The notes under the pieces were generated by a model. It ran no database searches and had not been told where the DNA came from. It saw only the letters and a program-made list of their open reading frames with translations. Source: a virus (Duplodnaviria; Caudoviricetes). From it: a DNA stretch of 55,898 bases. Below are positions 53,975-55,898 of this stretch, piece by piece. A program made the translations under genes and the position numbers. Each line of letters begins with the position of its first letter. Position 1 is the first letter of the stretch. The DNA is taken from the IMG/VR virus record IMGVR_UViG_3300009160_000053, positions 1-55,898 of that record, one strand, 5' to 3'.

Positions 53975-55702
53975 CTATCCGGCGTTAAGCAACTGCCTGT
54001 CTTCGTAAGAACTTACGTCCATCTTTACGGCTTGTTTAAGCCACCCCTCACCGCGGGACACAACAAGTTTACCTCCAGCATAAGCGCCAAGCCGATGGCG
54101 ACAGATATCTAAAAGCATAAAAGCTGCGTCCGCCAAATCGGGTGACTTTCCCATTCTAGCCTTCATGTCTTTTTTGGGTTCAACCACAAGTTTACCTCCG
54201 GACATGGTGCTGTATTTTCGTGCCGTAAGCTCTCTAGCTAGATCCGGGGTAATTCCTTTGAGCTGGCCAGACCTCAAAAACTCCACACCAACATACCAAA
54301 GCTCTGTAACGCGATTTGAGAACTTCTCGTTTGCCCGTACAGGGCTTATGCCACTTGTCGGTAGCATTGTTGGTTTTTCTCCAAACTTGACCCGAAAGAC
54401 CCGGGACGACCACATTTCGCTTAGGATGTCACAAAACGGGTCCCCTGCGCCCGTAGCGTCGACCGCAAGGTGTTCCGGCCGTACCCCCTCTCTTTCGCAG
54501 ATCTCGCGCACCTGGCGGGCAATTTGAAAGTTTCTCGGTTCATTAGCCCTAGTTGAGTCTTCCCGCAAAAGATAGGGCTTCCCAAAGGATACCGCAGGTA
54601 CCCCTACATTTGTTTTACCATAAGCTCCAATATACAGGACGCTTCGATCTCCCCCATTGGTGAAGGCTGGGTCGAACCCAGCTACTTTTGTGGGAGCCCC
54701 ATCCCAAACAGGCTGCGCCTCCCCTTCGTACCGACGAATATCCGCTTCCGAATAAATGTTCTGCTCAGCACCGATGGGCGAGGGAAAAGAACGGATGAAC
54801 CGCCAATACGAAAGGGAGTTTTCACCTTGGTACTCCCTGGCCTCACGAAGTTGCTTGGTTGTGAGTAGGAATGGCCACTCATCGTCTGAATCAATATTGG
54901 GTGTTCGCTCACCGTCGAGATGGATGCATTTGCCCCGGCTAGTATCCCACTCATCCATTTCGGCATTCACGCTGTTCCAGGTGTTGACTGGCGCTATGAA
55001 CTGACCGAAAGGATCGTATGCAGAGGCAAAGTTACCAAGAGCGATACATTGGAAATAGGGGTTGGAGTCGAGATTGTGGATGGCTTCGAAGATGGCTGGG
55101 GAAACGTCCGTGGCTTCGTCGACAAGGAGGAACACTCTCTTATTTTTAAGCCCAATCAATTTCTCGGTAGCTTCTTTCTCTTTATCCTTAGCCGAGGGGA
55201 TCAGGGTAATAGACGACCGATCGCTGCCGGCTTCTTCCATAATTAATTTGCCCATTGAATCGACGATCTTCCCCGGAAGGCCTTGAACTTGGATATGCCT
55301 CTCCCGTATCACTCCCCACATCCGTTTCCTCGCTTCACGAACAGAGGTAGTCGTGACAAGAACCAAGGTATTGAAGGGATCAGCAAGCCAATTCACTAAA
55401 CCCCAAATTCCAATACAGTGAGTTTTACTCGAGGATTTAGGACCTGAAATTCCAAGATAATTGTGCTGACACGCGGCTTCAAAAATTCTTTCGGCCCACG
55501 GATTCCACTGAAATCCGCCTTTGTTTTTCTTTTTATCATACGGCCAAAGTAGCTCTACAACTCTCCGAAAATGCGCATATTTTCCCAAACCTCCGCTTTC
55601 TGCAGAAAAATTTTCGCGGAAACCAATAAGTTCAATTGTTAATTCAGTAGTTCCGGAAGGCCAAGTTCGCCCATATCGCTCAAAAGACTCACTCACATCC
55701 AT
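53975..55702 (-). CDS. terL: terminase large subunit
   Basis: Walker A-like GPKSSSKT, Walker B FLLVDEA, ALGN, RNase H-like VAGFDPA...DRS, VDATGAG, KSPDLADA; ATG 55702. Confidence 0.92.
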   Translation of the reverse strand: MDVSESFERYGRTWPSGTTELTIELIGFRENFSAESGGLGKYAHFRRVVELLWPYDKKKNKGGFQWNPWAERIFEAACQHNYLGISGPKSSSKTHCIGIWGLVNWLADPFNTLVLVTTTSVREARKRMWGVIRERHIQVQGLPGKIVDSMGKLIMEEAGSDRSSITLIPSAKDKEKEATEKLIGLKNKRVFLLVDEATDVSPAIFEAIHNLDSNPYFQCIALGNFASAYDPFGQFIAPVNTWNSVNAEMDEWDTSRGKCIHLDGERTPNIDSDDEWPFLLTTKQLREAREYQGENSLSYWRFIRSFPSPIGAEQNIYSEADIRRYEGEAQPVWDGAPTKVAGFDPAFTNGGDRSVLYIGAYGKTNVGVPAVSFGKPYLLREDSTRANEPRNFQIARQVREICEREGVRPEHLAVDATGAGDPFCDILSEMWSSRVFRVKFGEKPTMLPTSGISPVRANEKFSNRVTELWYVGVEFLRSGQLKGITPDLARELTARKYSTMSGGKLVVEPKKDMKARMGKSPDLADAAFMLLDICRHRLGAYAGGKLVVSRGEGWLKQAVKMDVSSYEDRQLLNAG

Positions 55703-55707
55703 TTGCA

Positions 55708-55735
55708 ATGTTAAAAGTGGTCAAGAATCCGTCAA
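55708..55735 (-). promoter_or_regulatory. putative terL promoter (leaderless or near-leaderless)
   Basis: TTGACG-N16-TAACAT, 5 nt before ATG. Confidence 0.5.
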
Positions 55736-55774
55736 GATTTTTTAGCCGATTTCTGTAATTACCTAACCTACATG

Positions 55775-55890
55775 CTTTTCCGATCTTTTCCAATTGGGCT
55801 ATGACCCCGCTTATGTAAGTTACTTATTTCCAACTATTTCCGATAAGCCCTTCATAAAAAGGAAAATACATAGGAAAGCTCGGAAACGCA
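55775..55890. repeat. phased TTTCC(G/A)A repeats with inverted GGAAA copies
   Basis: TTTCC at 55777, 55787, 55827, 55837; GGAAA at 55861, 55873, 55882. Confidence 0.65.
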
Positions 55891-55898
55891 ATCGGCAA

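Noticed and set aside
1-55898. Alternative genetic code, tRNAs, integrase/att sites
   Set aside because: Long genes are intact in code 11 with all three stops used; I recognised no cloverleaf or recombinase

Overview
A 55.9-kb piece of a tailed dsDNA phage genome with podovirus-like morphogenesis genes. The host is probably Gram-negative, because the lysis cassette has a spanin-like lipoprotein. Two arms converge at about 10 kb. The + strand arm (1-9.8 kb) holds short, tightly coupled early/accessory genes: two stand-alone YgiT/MqsA-type zinc fingers, an rIIA/rIIB-like pair, a possible histone-fold protein, an HhH DNA glycosylase, DUF932, an XRE HTH protein, a Gp88-like protein and a secreted repeat protein. 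The - strand arm (55.7 down to 10.5 kb) encodes, in transcription order: terminase, portal, scaffold, two inserted genes, major capsid, lysis cassette, PD-(D/E)XK nuclease, nozzle, three tail-collar paralogs, an internally triplicated adaptor, collagen fibres around a subtilisin protease, two ejection proteins and a 5127-aa polyvalent protein. That giant protein appears to carry a sigma-factor-like segment, a Strawberry-notch-type helicase, a zincin-like domain, a ParB-like domain, two LysM repeats and a degenerate GHKL domain. Non-coding signals include a family of intergenic hairpins (two share an identical loop), TTGAC promoters with 15-16 nt spacers, a structured capsid-gene leader and 10-bp-phased TTTCC repeats upstream of terL. 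I saw no replication genes, integrase, tRNA or CRISPR array. All domain calls come from motif recognition by eye, not database searches.
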